Made by a program: the position numbers and the translations under genes. A DNA stretch of 64,000 nt, taken from contig JAVKHQ010000001.1 of assembly GCA_031459875.1 (NCBI GenBank), positions 32,001 to 96,000 on the forward strand, in the 5' to 3' direction. This document shows positions 29,430 to 38,970 of this stretch, piece after piece. Source of the stretch: Candidatus Fervidifonticultor sextus. GTDB lineage: Bacteria > Sysuimicrobiota > Sysuimicrobiia > Sysuimicrobiales > Humicultoraceae. The notes beneath the pieces were generated by a model. The model had not been told where the DNA came from, ran no database searches, and saw only the letters and a program-made list of their open reading frames with translations. Each line of letters starts with the position of its first letter. Position 1 is the stretch's first letter.

Positions 29430-31994
29430 CTACGCCGACACCTGCTGGACCTCGTAGGCTTCGATCACGTCACGTTCTTTGATGTCATTGAACCGCTCCA
29501 GCGCGATCCCGCACTCGAACCCCTCGGCGACTTCGCGAACGTCCTCCTTGAACCTCCGCAGCGAGGCGATGCGGCCCTCGTAGACGACGGCGCCGTCGCG
29601 GATCAGCCGGGCCATGGCCCCGCGCACGATGCGGCCGCCGGTAACGTACGAACCCGCCACGGCGCCCAGCCGGGAGATCACAAACACCCGGCGCACCTCT
29701 GCCTGACCCAGCACGACCTCCTGCGTCTTGGGCGCCACCAGGCCCTTCTGGAGTTGCGCCAGGTCGTCCAGCACCTCGTAGATAATCCGGTGCAGCCGCA
29801 CGTCCACGCGCTCCGATTCGGCCACCTGGCGCACGTGCGCCTCCGGCCGCACGTTGAACCCGATCACGATCGCGCGGCTGGCCGCAGCCAGCATGATGTC
29901 CGACTCGGACACGTTGCCGACGCCAGCATGCAGGATCGAGATCTTCACCTCGGGCGTTGTCAGTTTCGGCAGTGCGCCAGTCAGCGCTTCGATGGAGCCA
30001 TGGGTGTCCGCCTTGAGGACCAGGCGCAGTTCCTTTGGCCCCTCCTCCCCCGCGGCTTCCACGCCGGCGGGGCGGGCTGCGGCCTGCTCGGCGGCCCGCC
30101 GCCGCTCCCGCCGCTCGTCTGCCACCGCCCGGGCCATCCGCTCGTCACGGACCACCTCGAGCAGGTCACCGGCGACCGGCACATCCACCAGGCCGAGGAC
30201 CTCCACGGGGACGGACGGGCCCGCCTGCACGCGGCGTTCGCCCCGGGCATCCATCATGGCCCGAACCCGGCCGTAGGTCTCGCCGGCGACTACCGCGTCG
30301 CCGACCCGCAGCGTCCCCTCCTGCACCAGGACGGTGGCGACGGGCCCCCGCCCGCGGTCCAGACGCGCCTCGATGATCGTCCCGCGCGCCGGCCGGTCCT
30401 CCTCTGCGCGCAGGTCCTGGAGGTCGGCGACCAGGAGGATCATCTCCAGCAGGTGCTCCAGCCCGGTCCGCTGCCTGGCCGAGACCGGCACCACGATGGT
30501 GTCTCCGCCCCACTCCTCGGGGACCAGGCCGAGGTCGGCCAGTTGCTGCTTGACCCGGTCAAGGTTGGCCTGGGGCAGGTCCACCTTGTTCAGGGCGACG
30601 ACGATGGGCACGCCCGCTGCGCGCGCGTGATTGACGGCCTCCACCGTCTGCGGCATGACGCCGTCGTCGGCGGCGACCACCAGCACCGCGATGTCGGTGA
30701 CCTGGGCGCCCCGCGCCCGCAGCGTGGTGAACGCCTCGTGGCCCGGGGTGTCGATGAAGACGATCTTCCGGCCCCCCCACTCCACCACCGAGGCGCCGAT
30801 GTGCTGGGTGATCCCGCCGACCTCGGCCTCGGCGACCCGGGTCTGGCGGATGGCGTCCAGCAGCGACGTCTTGCCGTGATCTACGTGCCCCATCACCGTG
30901 ACGACCGGCGGTCGGGGTGGCGCGCCGGCACCTGCGGCGACCGTCAGCCGCTCCATCTTCCGGGCCGGCGCCTCCGCCGCCTCCGACGGCATCCGACGGA
31001 CGACGGTGCCGAACGACTCCGCCACCGCGGCGGCCAACTCCAGCGGGACCTGCTGGTTGATGCCGGCCAGCACGCCCCTGTCCAGGAGCCGGCGGACGAC
31101 CTCGCCCGCCGGAGCCTGGAGGCGGGCGGCGAGCTCGCCCACCGCAATCGGACCGCTCAACTCGATCTCGCTGGCAACCTGGGGAGCCACCTCCACCGGT
31201 GCCGGTTCGGCCCGGCGCACCGCCGGCCGTCTTCGACGGATCGGCCGGAGGGTGGGCCGCCGGGGCTGGACCTGGGGCCGGCCCGCCGGCTTGCCCTCGG
31301 GCGCGCGGCGCCGCTCAGGGGGCTGGGCCCTGGGCGGGACCGGCTTCTCGGGCACTGGAAGGAGGGGCCCGGCGGGCGGGACGACCTCGCGCGGCACCTC
31401 CCGGGGGCCCTCGCGCCGCGGAGGCCGGACCGGCTCGATCCGGACCCCGGCGGGTTCCTCGGGCGCGGGGCGCGTGGGGGCGCGGGGCGCCTTGGGGACC
31501 TCGACGGGGGGTGCCGCAGGGGCTGCCGACGCTGCAGGCGCTGGAGCGGCCGGCGCCACTGGAGTTGGCGCGGCCTGGGCCGGTGCGGCCGGCCGGGGAA
31601 TCACCCGGGGCGGCGCGGCCTCGGCCGGCGCCGCTGGCGGTGCGGCCTGCAGCGAAGGGGCCGCGGTACCCGGCGCGGCGGGCGCCGGGACTTGGGCTGG
31701 AGGCGGCGGGATGAGGATCTTGCGCACGCCCAGGATCCGCTCGCCGGTGGGCGTCTTGGACTCGGGCCTGGGGGGCCCGGCCGGAGCCGGCGGGGGAGGC
31801 GGGGCGGGCGCTGGCGCAGCGGCGGCCTTCTTGCCCTTGGGCCGCGTGGCCACGATGTGCGCGCGCACACGCTCCTCCTGGACGACCGTCAGGCTGCTGC
31901 TGTGACTCTTCACCGGCACCTTGAGCGATGCCAGGACGTCCATCAGTTCCTTGGCGGTGAGCCCCAGTTCTTTCGCCAGTTCGTACACCCGCAT
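29430..31994 (-). CDS. infB: Translation initiation factor IF-2
   Basis: [10 protein letters not shown], Pro/Ala-rich linker, [20 protein letters not shown] and NKVD. Confidence 0.99.
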   Translation of the reverse strand: MRVYELAKELGLTAKELMDVLASLKVPVKSHSSSLTVVQEERVRAHIVATRPKGKKAAAAPAPAPPPPPAPAGPPRPESKTPTGERILGVRKILIPPPPAQVPAPAAPGTAAPSLQAAPPAAPAEAAPPRVIPRPAAPAQAAPTPVAPAAPAPAASAAPAAPPVEVPKAPRAPTRPAPEEPAGVRIEPVRPPRREGPREVPREVVPPAGPLLPVPEKPVPPRAQPPERRRAPEGKPAGRPQVQPRRPTLRPIRRRRPAVRRAEPAPVEVAPQVASEIELSGPIAVGELAARLQAPAGEVVRRLLDRGVLAGINQQVPLELAAAVAESFGTVVRRMPSEAAEAPARKMERLTVAAGAGAPPRPPVVTVMGHVDHGKTSLLDAIRQTRVAEAEVGGITQHIGASVVEWGGRKIVFIDTPGHEAFTTLRARGAQVTDIAVLVVAADDGVMPQTVEAVNHARAAGVPIVVALNKVDLPQANLDRVKQQLADLGLVPEEWGGDTIVVPVSARQRTGLEHLLEMILLVADLQDLRAEEDRPARGTIIEARLDRGRGPVATVLVQEGTLRVGDAVVAGETYGRVRAMMDARGERRVQAGPSVPVEVLGLVDVPVAGDLLEVVRDERMARAVADERRERRRAAEQAAARPAGVEAAGEEGPKELRLVLKADTHGSIEALTGALPKLTTPEVKISILHAGVGNVSESDIMLAAASRAIVIGFNVRPEAHVRQVAESERVDVRLHRIIYEVLDDLAQLQKGLVAPKTQEVVLGQAEVRRVFVISRLGAVAGSYVTGGRIVRGAMARLIRDGAVVYEGRIASLRRFKEDVREVAEGFECGIALERFNDIKERDVIEAYEVQQVSA

Positions 31995-32006
31995 CCAGCG
32001 GCCTCC

Positions 32007-32300
32007 TTACGTCCTTCCCTGCGCCTGCCCTGCCCGGCTCGCCACGGCCGCCCGCAGGTCGGCGGCCGTCGGCTCCGGGATGGGGACCTCGAGCGCGTGC
32101 TGGAGGCGTCCCTCGCGCACCGCGATCTCGGCACAGTCGCCGGACGGGCAGACGTAGGCACCGCGGCCGGAGACCTTCCCGGTCGGATCGACGCGCACCT
32201 CCCCCCCCGGCGTGCGGACCACGCGGATCAACTCGCGCTTGGGTCGCATCTGGCGGCACGCCACGCACTGGCGCTGCGGAATGTGACGGACCTTCGGCAT
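32007..32300 (-). CDS. ylxR: YlxR/RnpM family RNA-binding protein
   Basis: PQRQCVAC, KRELIRVV and GRGAYVC. Confidence 0.92.
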   Translation of the reverse strand: MPKVRHIPQRQCVACRQMRPKRELIRVVRTPGGEVRVDPTGKVSGRGAYVCPSGDCAEIAVREGRLQHALEVPIPEPTAADLRAAVASRAGQAQGRT

Positions 32301-32316
32301 GGTCCTCCGATGGTGG

Positions 32317-33498
32317 CTAGGCCGGCTGCTCCTCCGCGGCAGGCCTCGACACCGCGGGCTCGGCCTGCGCGGCCTCGGGCTTCGCGATCCTGGGGCTCGC
32401 CGCGTCGGCCGGCGCCGCTTCCTCTTCAGGGAGGTCGATGAAGATCTTCTGGGCCTCGATCTCCCTGATCTGCGTCTCGCTCTTGATGTCGATACGCCAG
32501 CCGGTCAACTTGGCGGCCAGGCGGGCGTTCTGTCCCTCGCGCCCGATCGCCAGGGAGAGCTGGTGGTCCGGCACCACGACCAGCGCGGTCTTGGTCGCCT
32601 CGTCGATCTCCACCCGGACGACCTTCGCCGGCGAGAGCGCGGCCGCGGCAAACTGGGCGACGTCCGGACTCCAGGCCACGATATCGATCTTCTCGCCGCG
32701 CAGTTCGTCCACGATCGCCTGCACCCGCGCCCCCTTGGGGCCCACGCAGGCGCCCACGGCGTCCACGTTGCGGTCGCGCGAGGCCACCGCGATCTTGCTC
32801 CGGGTGCCCGCCTCGCGGGCGATGGCCTTGATCTCCACGATCCCCTCGTAGACCTCGGGGACCTCGATCTCGAACAGGCGCTTGAGCAGCCCGGGGTGCG
32901 TCCGCGAGACGACGATCTGCGGGCCGCGGGTGCCCTGCCGGACCTCGACGACGTAGGCTTTGACCCGCTCCCCCTGCCGGTACGATTCCCTGGGGATCTG
33001 CTCGGGAGGCGGCAGGACGGCCTCGATGCGGCCCAGGTCGAGGTAGACGTTCTTCCGCTCGATGCGCTGCACGACGCCGGTCACGATGTCGCCCTCGCGG
33101 TCGCGGAACTCCTTGTAGACCAGTTCCCGCTCGGCCTCGCGCAGCCGCTGGACGACCACCTGCTTGGCCGTCTGAGCCGCGATCCGGCCGAAGTCCTTGG
33201 GCGTGACCTCGACCTCCACCATCTCGCCCACCTGCGCGGTGGGGTCCCACTCGCGGACCTGGGCCAGCGCGATCTGCAATGTGGGGTCCTCCACCTCCTC
33301 GACGACCGTGCGGACCTGGTAGGCCCGCATCTCGCCCGTGGTGCGGTCCATCTCGATCCGCATGTTCTGAGCGGTGGCGCCGAAGTTCTTCTTGTAGGCC
33401 GACAGCAGGGCCGCCTCGATGGCCTCGATGATGACGTCCTTGCTGATGCCCTTCTCCTCTTCGATCTGCTCCAGCGCCCGCAGCAGCTCCAGATTCAC
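32317..33498 (-). CDS. nusA: Transcription termination factor NusA
   Basis: FGRIAAQTAKQV, AREAG.RSKIAV and SLAIGREGQNARLA. Confidence 0.99.
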   Translation of the reverse strand: MNLELLRALEQIEEEKGISKDVIIEAIEAALLSAYKKNFGATAQNMRIEMDRTTGEMRAYQVRTVVEEVEDPTLQIALAQVREWDPTAQVGEMVEVEVTPKDFGRIAAQTAKQVVVQRLREAERELVYKEFRDREGDIVTGVVQRIERKNVYLDLGRIEAVLPPPEQIPRESYRQGERVKAYVVEVRQGTRGPQIVVSRTHPGLLKRLFEIEVPEVYEGIVEIKAIAREAGTRSKIAVASRDRNVDAVGACVGPKGARVQAIVDELRGEKIDIVAWSPDVAQFAAAALSPAKVVRVEIDEATKTALVVVPDHQLSLAIGREGQNARLAAKLTGWRIDIKSETQIREIEAQKIFIDLPEEEAAPADAASPRIAKPEAAQAEPAVSRPAAEEQPA

Positions 33499-33502
33499 GG
33501 GT

Positions 33503-34012
33503 TCACGCGCCCCCCTTGAGGAAGTCCTCCCGCAGGTCGTCCATGTCTACCGCCAGGTGCGCCCGGGCGACGTCGGCCAGCGGCAGGTGGACGGCCTGCC
33601 CCTCGACCTCCAGCACGACCCGATCCTGCTCCAGTCCCAGCAGCCGGCCCTTCCACCGCCGGCGGCCGCGGACGGGCCGGTGCGTGGTCACCTCCACCTT
33701 GCGGCCGGCGAACCGGCGGTAGTCGGCCTCGCTGCGCAGCGGCCGATCCAGGCCCGGCGAGGCCACCTCCAGCGTGTAGGCATGCGGGATGGGGTCGTGG
33801 AGGTCCAGCGCCCGGCCGAGTTCCTCCGCGACCAGCGCGCAGTCATCCACGCTGACCCCGACCTCGCGATCCGGGTACTCCACGCTGACCCTCACGATCG
33901 TCCGTCGTCCCTCGCCGAGCACGTCCAGTCCGGCCAGGGCCAGCCCGTGCCGTTGCGCCACGGCATCGGCCAGGTGCTCGACCTGGCCGGCCCACACGGG
34001 TCGCCTGGTCAC
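33503..34012 (-). CDS. rimP: Ribosome maturation factor RimP
   Basis: VSVDDC and YTLEVASPGLDRPL. Confidence 0.95.
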   Translation of the reverse strand: MTRRPVWAGQVEHLADAVAQRHGLALAGLDVLGEGRRTIVRVSVEYPDREVGVSVDDCALVAEELGRALDLHDPIPHAYTLEVASPGLDRPLRSEADYRRFAGRKVEVTTHRPVRGRRRWKGRLLGLEQDRVVLEVEGQAVHLPLADVARAHLAVDMDDLREDFLKGGA

Positions 34013-34035
34013 GGCCTGCCACCTCCCGCCGCCAT

Positions 34036-34065
34036 AAAAAACGAGCGGGCCAACACACCCACTCG
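34036..34065 (-). terminator. Intrinsic terminator/attenuator in the rimP-nusA leader
   Basis: CGAGTGGG-loop-CCCGCTCG followed by TTTTTT, between the promoter and the rimP RBS. Confidence 0.8.
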
Positions 34066-34122
34066 CGTCACCGCATCGGCCGACGGAACGCCGGCCGCGT
34101 TCTGCAGCGGTCTACCGGTGTG

Positions 34123-34152
34123 ATGCTACCACATGGCGCCTCAGGCAGGCAA
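34123..34152 (-). promoter_or_regulatory. sigma-A promoter of the rimP-nusA-infB operon
   Basis: TTGCCT-18-TAGCAT with a TGn extension. Confidence 0.6.
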
Positions 34153-34158
34153 GTCTTT

Positions 34159-35475
34159 CTATGGATACAGCCGGTTCAGCAGCCGCGGGAACGGGATCGT
34201 CTCGCGCACGTGCTCCAGGCCGCAGATCCACGCCACCGTCCGCTCGATGCCAACCCCGAATCCGGAGTGCGGCACCGAGCCGTAGCGGCGCAGGTCCACA
34301 TACCACCGGTACGCCTCGGGCGGCAGGCGGTGCTCGGCGATCCGCTGTTCCAGCAGCGCCCGGTCGTGGATGCGCTGGCCGCCGCCGATGATCTCGCCGT
34401 AGCCTTCAGAAGCCAGCAGGTCGGCGCCCAGGACGACCTCGGGCCGCCGGGGATCCGGCTGCATGTAGAAGGCCTTGCACTGCGCCGGATAGCGGTGGAT
34501 GAAGACCGGCCGGTCGAAGTGCGTGCTCAGCGCGGTCTCCTCGTCCCCGCCCAGGTCCTCCCCCCAGGCCACGGACATCCCCTTGTCGGCCAGGAGGTGC
34601 AGCGCCTCGTCGTAGGAGATCCGGGGGAAGGGCGGGACAGCCCGCTCCAGCGGTCCGATGTCCCGCTCCAGGGTCTCTAACTCGTTGCGGCAGCGGTCCA
34701 GCACCCGGGCCACGACCGCGGCCACGAAGTCCTCAGCCAGCGCCATGCACTCGTCCAGCTCCATGAACGCGGCCTCGGGCTCCAGCATCCAGAATTCGAT
34801 GAGGTGGCGACGGGTCTTGCTCTTCTCGGCGCGGAAGGTGGGACCGAAGCAGTAGACCCGGCCAAACGCCATGGCTGCCGCCTCGTTGTAGAGCTGGCCC
34901 GACTGCGTCAGGTAGGCGGTCCCCAGGTCGAAGTACTGGGTGGCAAACAGGGTGGTCGTCCCCTCGGCCGCCGCCGGGGTCAGGATCGGCGCGTCCACGC
35001 GCAGGTAGCCGTGACCGTCCAGGTAGTCGGTCATGGCGCGGATGATCTCGGCGCGCACCCGCATGATGGCGTGCTGCCGACTGCTGCGCAGCCAGAGGTG
35101 CCGGTGGTCCATGAGGAACTCGACCCCGTGCTTTTTGGGCGTGATGGGATAAGGCTCGGCCTGGTGGAGCACGCGCATCGAGGTCACCGCCACCTCGACC
35201 CCGCCCGGCGCGCGGGGATCCGCCCGCACCGTCCCGGTGAGGACCAGGCTGCTCTCCTGGGGCAGGTGGTCGGCCTGCACGAACGTCTCCTCGGACACGT
35301 CCTGCCGGGACATGACGGCCTGGACCACGCCCGTGCCGTCGCGCACCAGCAGGAAGTGGATCTTGCCGCTGCTGCGGCGGTTGGACAGCCAGCCCCGGAG
35401 TTCCACCGTCTTCCCGAGGTGTCCGGACAGCGCCTCGATCTCAACCCGCAGCGCGGCCTGCTGCCTCTGGCTCAC
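34159..35475 (-). CDS. asnS: Asparagine--tRNA ligase
   Basis: [39 protein letters not shown] and GEIIGG. Confidence 0.96.
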   Translation of the reverse strand: MSQRQQAALRVEIEALSGHLGKTVELRGWLSNRRSSGKIHFLLVRDGTGVVQAVMSRQDVSEETFVQADHLPQESSLVLTGTVRADPRAPGGVEVAVTSMRVLHQAEPYPITPKKHGVEFLMDHRHLWLRSSRQHAIMRVRAEIIRAMTDYLDGHGYLRVDAPILTPAAAEGTTTLFATQYFDLGTAYLTQSGQLYNEAAAMAFGRVYCFGPTFRAEKSKTRRHLIEFWMLEPEAAFMELDECMALAEDFVAAVVARVLDRCRNELETLERDIGPLERAVPPFPRISYDEALHLLADKGMSVAWGEDLGGDEETALSTHFDRPVFIHRYPAQCKAFYMQPDPRRPEVVLGADLLASEGYGEIIGGGQRIHDRALLEQRIAEHRLPPEAYRWYVDLRRYGSVPHSGFGVGIERTVAWICGLEHVRETIPFPRLLNRLYP

Positions 35476-35496
35476 GCCCTCACCTTCCTCGCACGA

Positions 35497-35522
35497 CAGG
35501 AAGCGCGGTCGGCCCGTGGAAT
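35497..35522 (+). promoter_or_regulatory. SigH-like promoter motif upstream of the HAD gene
   Basis: CAGGA...GAAT with 18 nt between AGG and GAA, matching the B. subtilis SigH consensus. Confidence 0.6.
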
Positions 35523-35543
35523 CTCCACAGAGGACCTGTACCG

Positions 35544-36188
35544 ATGCGCGAACCCCCCATCCTGCTGATCTTCGACTTCGACAACACCCTGATCGATTCC
35601 CGGATCGACTTCGCGCACCTCCGCGGCGCCCTCATCGACCTGCTGGAGGCCGCGGGTCCCCTGCCAGGCCCGCGGGAAGCGCTGATGCGCCTGCCGATCC
35701 GCGACCTGCTGGAGCAGGCCGCGGGTTCCCCGGACCTCACCCGGGCCATGTGGGCGACCATCGAGGCCTTCGAGGCCGTCGGGCTGCAGGACGCCCAGGC
35801 CATGCCACACGCCAGGGCGGTGCTGGCGGCCCTCGCCGCCCGCGGCCTGCGACTGGCGCTCCTCACCAACAACGCCGGACCTGCCACCGCGGCGCTGCTG
35901 GACCGCCTGGGACTGGCGTCGGCGTTCGACCTCACGGTCAGCCGCGACGACGTCCCGGCGTTGAAGCCGGATCCATCGGGCATCCGCCTGATCCTCGAGC
36001 GCCTGGGCCCGGCGCGCGCAGTCTACCTGATCGGCGACTCGTGGATCGACGGCCTGGCCGCGCAGGCGGCCGGGGTCCGTTTCGTGGGCTTCGGCGGCCG
36101 CCGCGCCGAGGTGGAAGCCAGGGGCATCCGACCCTGGGCGTGGGTCACCGACCTGCGCGAACTGCTCGACCTCGACTGGGCCGTTTGA
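35544..36188 (+). CDS. HAD-superfamily hydrolase (phosphoglycolate phosphatase-like)
   Basis: FDFDNTL, LLTNN, KPDP and IGDSWID. Confidence 0.9.
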   Translation: MREPPILLIFDFDNTLIDSRIDFAHLRGALIDLLEAAGPLPGPREALMRLPIRDLLEQAAGSPDLTRAMWATIEAFEAVGLQDAQAMPHARAVLAALAARGLRLALLTNNAGPATAALLDRLGLASAFDLTVSRDDVPALKPDPSGIRLILERLGPARAVYLIGDSWIDGLAAQAAGVRFVGFGGRRAEVEARGIRPWAWVTDLRELLDLDWAV

Positions 36189-36224
36189 GCCGCCCGATCC
36201 CGGGCCGGCCGGCGACCGGCCACC

Positions 36225-36722
36225 CTACCAGAGGTGCGAGAACTTCGCCGCGAACCGGCGCTCCAGTTCCTCCCGGTGGAGGTGGTAGACCGGACACTCG
36301 CGCAACATGCAGACGTGCAGCGCCTGGTTGCAGAAGGCGTCGGGAACCTCCCAGCACGCAGGGTTGACGTAGTACGCGGCGCACACCCCCCTGCGCGGGT
36401 GGACGCCGGAGACATCCAGGGGCACGCCTGGCAGCGCGGGGGCCGCCGGCTTCGGGGCAGGAGCCGCCGGCGCAGGAGGCGGGAGGGGTGCCGCGATCGG
36501 GCCGGCGGCGGGGTGGGCCGGCGGCACCACGGCCGCCGGCTGCGGGACCGCCGCCCGGTTTGCCGGATCGCGGATCAGCCGCAGGATGGGCCGGTCCGCG
36601 CGCTCGTCAGCCTCGGCCCCGGAGGGCTCGGCGCCCTGGCCGGCGAGCGCTTCCATCTCCTGCGAGGCCGTCTCGATCAGATGCCTAACGCCGCGCCGCA
36701 GCTCCTCGCGCGCCTTTGGCAT
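36225..36722 (-). CDS. Hypothetical ParA partner protein with a Cys-rich C-terminal domain
   Basis: 165 aa, overlapping the parA stop, with a GAGG RBS. N-terminal LRRGVRHLI, a Pro/Ala linker, then C-terminal CAAYY..CWE....C......C....CPVY. Confidence 0.75.
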   Translation of the reverse strand: MPKAREELRRGVRHLIETASQEMEALAGQGAEPSGAEADERADRPILRLIRDPANRAAVPQPAAVVPPAHPAAGPIAAPLPPPAPAAPAPKPAAPALPGVPLDVSGVHPRRGVCAAYYVNPACWEVPDAFCNQALHVCMLRECPVYHLHREELERRFAAKFSHLW

Positions 36723-37500
36723 GGGCGATCACCTCTTGGGCCAGGCTGGCGTACTCTTTGGCGCCCCGCGAGTCGGGATTGGTGACGAACAGCGGCACGC
36801 CCTTCATCGACGACTCCACCAGCTTGATGTTGAAGTGGATCGTCGTCTGGAAGACCTTTTGGGGGAAGAAGTCGTGGATGCCTCCCACGATCTCCTTGCT
36901 GATCGTGGTCCGCGAGTCGTACATCGTCGGCAGGACCCCCAGGATCTCGACCTCGTGACCGACCTCCTCCCGCACCATCTTCAGGGTCTTGAGCAGCTGG
37001 CGCATCCCGAGCAGCGCGTAGTAGTGGGTCTGGATCGGAATGATGATGGCCTCGCACGCCACCAGCGCGTTGAGGGTCAGCAGGCCCAGCGACGGGGGGG
37101 TGTCGATGAGGATGAACTCGTAGCGTTCCCGGACGCCGCCCAGGCGCCGTCGCAGCGAGTTCTCGCGGCCGATGCGCGCGGCCAGTTCCAGTTCCGCCGC
37201 GGCCAGGTCGATGGAGGACGGAGCCACGTCCAGCCGCTTGACCGTCGTCGGGCGGATGATCGCCTCCAGGGGCAGGCCTTCCTCGTGATCGGAGCCGACG
37301 AGGACGTGGTAGATTGTACGCTCCAGCGTCGCCGGGTCGATCCCGACGCTGACCGTGGCGTTCGCCTGCGGGTCCAGGTCGATCAGCAGGGTGGCGTGCC
37401 CCGCCGCAGCGAGGGAGGCGCTGAGGTTGACGGCCGTCGTGGTCTTGCCGCAGCCGCCTTTCTGGTTGACGAGTCCGATGACCAGCGCCTGACCGCTCAC
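36685..37500 (-). CDS. ParA/Soj-family ATPase (orphan)
   Basis: Deviant Walker A NQKGGCGKTTT, DLDPQAN, IDTPPSLG and LPTMYDSRT; GTG 37500 with a GGGGGAG RBS. Confidence 0.93.
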   Translation of the reverse strand: MSGQALVIGLVNQKGGCGKTTTAVNLSASLAAAGHATLLIDLDPQANATVSVGIDPATLERTIYHVLVGSDHEEGLPLEAIIRPTTVKRLDVAPSSIDLAAAELELAARIGRENSLRRRLGGVRERYEFILIDTPPSLGLLTLNALVACEAIIIPIQTHYYALLGMRQLLKTLKMVREEVGHEVEILGVLPTMYDSRTTISKEIVGGIHDFFPQKVFQTTIHFNIKLVESSMKGVPLFVTNPDSRGAKEYASLAQEVIAHAKGARGAAARR

Positions 37501-37554
37501 AGCACTCCCCCAGACACACGCCTGGAGGGGCGGGTGTCCCGCGTTCCCCTCGCA

Positions 37555-37581
37555 GTTCGACCCCGTCGGAACAATATCCTG
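37555..37581 (-). promoter_or_regulatory. SigH-like promoter motif upstream of parA
   Basis: CAGG-N19-GAAC (CAGGATATTGTTCCGACGGGGTCGAAC). Confidence 0.55.
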
Positions 37582-37589
37582 TTGGGGGT

Positions 37590-37619
37590 TTGCACCCCCC
37601 TGCGCGCGTGGACCATAAT
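37590..37619 (+). promoter_or_regulatory. sigma-A promoter of fbp
   Basis: TTGCAC-18-CATAAT. Confidence 0.55.
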
Positions 37620-37664
37620 GAGGAGGAGGGTACGACACCGCGGGTCTACTCGGGGGTGAAGGGG

Positions 37665-38786
37665 ATGCGGGTCACCGTGAGTGTCATCAAGGCCGACATC
37701 GGCAGCGTCGGCGGTCACACCCTGCCAAGTCCTGAAGTGCTCGGTCTGGTCCGGGAGCGCGTCGCCGAAGCCTGCGGGCGCCTCCTCCTCGACGGCCACG
37801 TCTGCCACACCGGCGACGACATCTGCCTCATCATGACCCACACCCACGGCGTGGGGCACGGCCCGGTGCACCAGCTGGCCTGGGAGGCGTTCCGGGCCGG
37901 GACCGAGGTCGCCACACGCCAGGGGCTCTACGGCGCCGGACAGGACCTGCTCAAGGACGCGTTCTCCGGCAACGTGCGGGGCCTGGGTCCGGCCTCGGCG
38001 GAGATGGAGTTCGAGGAGCGGCCCAATGAGGCGCTGATCATCCTGGCGGCCGACAAGACCGAACCCGGCGCGTTCAACCTCCCCCTCTACCTGGTCTTCG
38101 CCGATCCCATGTACTCGCCCGGCCTGTTGCTCTCCGAACCCCTGCACAGCGGGTTCCGGTTTCGAATCATGGACGTGGACCACACCGCGGGAGACCGGAC
38201 CATCACCCTGGATGCCCCCGAGCGCCTCTACGACATCGCCGCGCTGCTCCGGGACACCCACCGGTTCGTGGTGGAGTCCATCTGGTCGCGGCGCTATCCC
38301 GACGAGCAGGCCGCCGCGGTGTCCACGAGCCGGCTGCGCAACATCGCGGGCAAGTACGTGGGCAAGGACGATCCGGTGGCCGTCGTGCGGGTCCAGAAGA
38401 TCTTCCCGGCCACCGAGGAGTTCGGGCCGGCATTCGCCCTGGGCCAGTTCGTCGCCGGGGATACCCGCGGCAGCCACCACCTGCCGCTGATGCCGGTGCC
38501 GATCAACACGCCGGCGTCCACCTACTTCTGCTGCCCCATGGTCTCGGCGCTGGGGATCTCGATGCACGACGGCCGGCTAGCGGCGTTCACCGACCTGTTC
38601 GGGGATCCCTTCTGGCACCGCGTGCGGGACCGGGTCGCCGACAAGGCGATGGAGATGCGCAAGCAGGGGTTCTTCGGCCCCGCGATGCTGCCCATGTCGG
38701 AACTGGAGTACGGCGGCATCGTCGCGCGGCTGGAGAAGCTGGAACGCGAGTTCACCGTGGCCAAGGTGCCGGTCGAGACCGGCTAG
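37665..38786 (+). CDS. fbp: Fructose-1,6-bisphosphate aldolase/phosphatase (class V FBPase)
   Basis: KADIGSVGGH, GDDI, GLYGAGQDLL, DKTEPGAFN and IAGKYVGKDDP. Confidence 0.96.
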   Translation: MRVTVSVIKADIGSVGGHTLPSPEVLGLVRERVAEACGRLLLDGHVCHTGDDICLIMTHTHGVGHGPVHQLAWEAFRAGTEVATRQGLYGAGQDLLKDAFSGNVRGLGPASAEMEFEERPNEALIILAADKTEPGAFNLPLYLVFADPMYSPGLLLSEPLHSGFRFRIMDVDHTAGDRTITLDAPERLYDIAALLRDTHRFVVESIWSRRYPDEQAAAVSTSRLRNIAGKYVGKDDPVAVVRVQKIFPATEEFGPAFALGQFVAGDTRGSHHLPLMPVPINTPASTYFCCPMVSALGISMHDGRLAAFTDLFGDPFWHRVRDRVADKAMEMRKQGFFGPAMLPMSELEYGGIVARLEKLEREFTVAKVPVETG

Positions 38787-38813
38787 ACGGCGTGCGGTCC
38801 GCTCCGCGGCCCC

Positions 38814-38960
38814 TCAGTGGCCGCCGGAGTCGGGCTCCTTGAGGATGGCGCGATCGACGAACCGAATCAGCCCGGGCAGGAGCGCCGGCAGCAGGGCTCC
38901 GATGATGATCATGGTCCCCAGCGCCCAGAGGACCAGCAGAACCGCCTGCCGTTCCGACAT
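38814..38960 (-). CDS. Small single-TM protein (48 aa)
   Basis: GAGGAGG RBS plus ATG 10 nt after the cca stop; MSERQAVLLVLWALGTMIIIGALLPALLPGLIRFVDRAILKEPDSGGH. Confidence 0.7.
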   Translation of the reverse strand: MSERQAVLLVLWALGTMIIIGALLPALLPGLIRFVDRAILKEPDSGGH

Positions 38961-38970
38961 CCCGACCTCC

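Noticed and set aside
31200..31830. Low-complexity GC repeats in infB
   Set aside because: This is the ordinary Pro/Ala-rich IF-2 linker, not a DNA repeat array.
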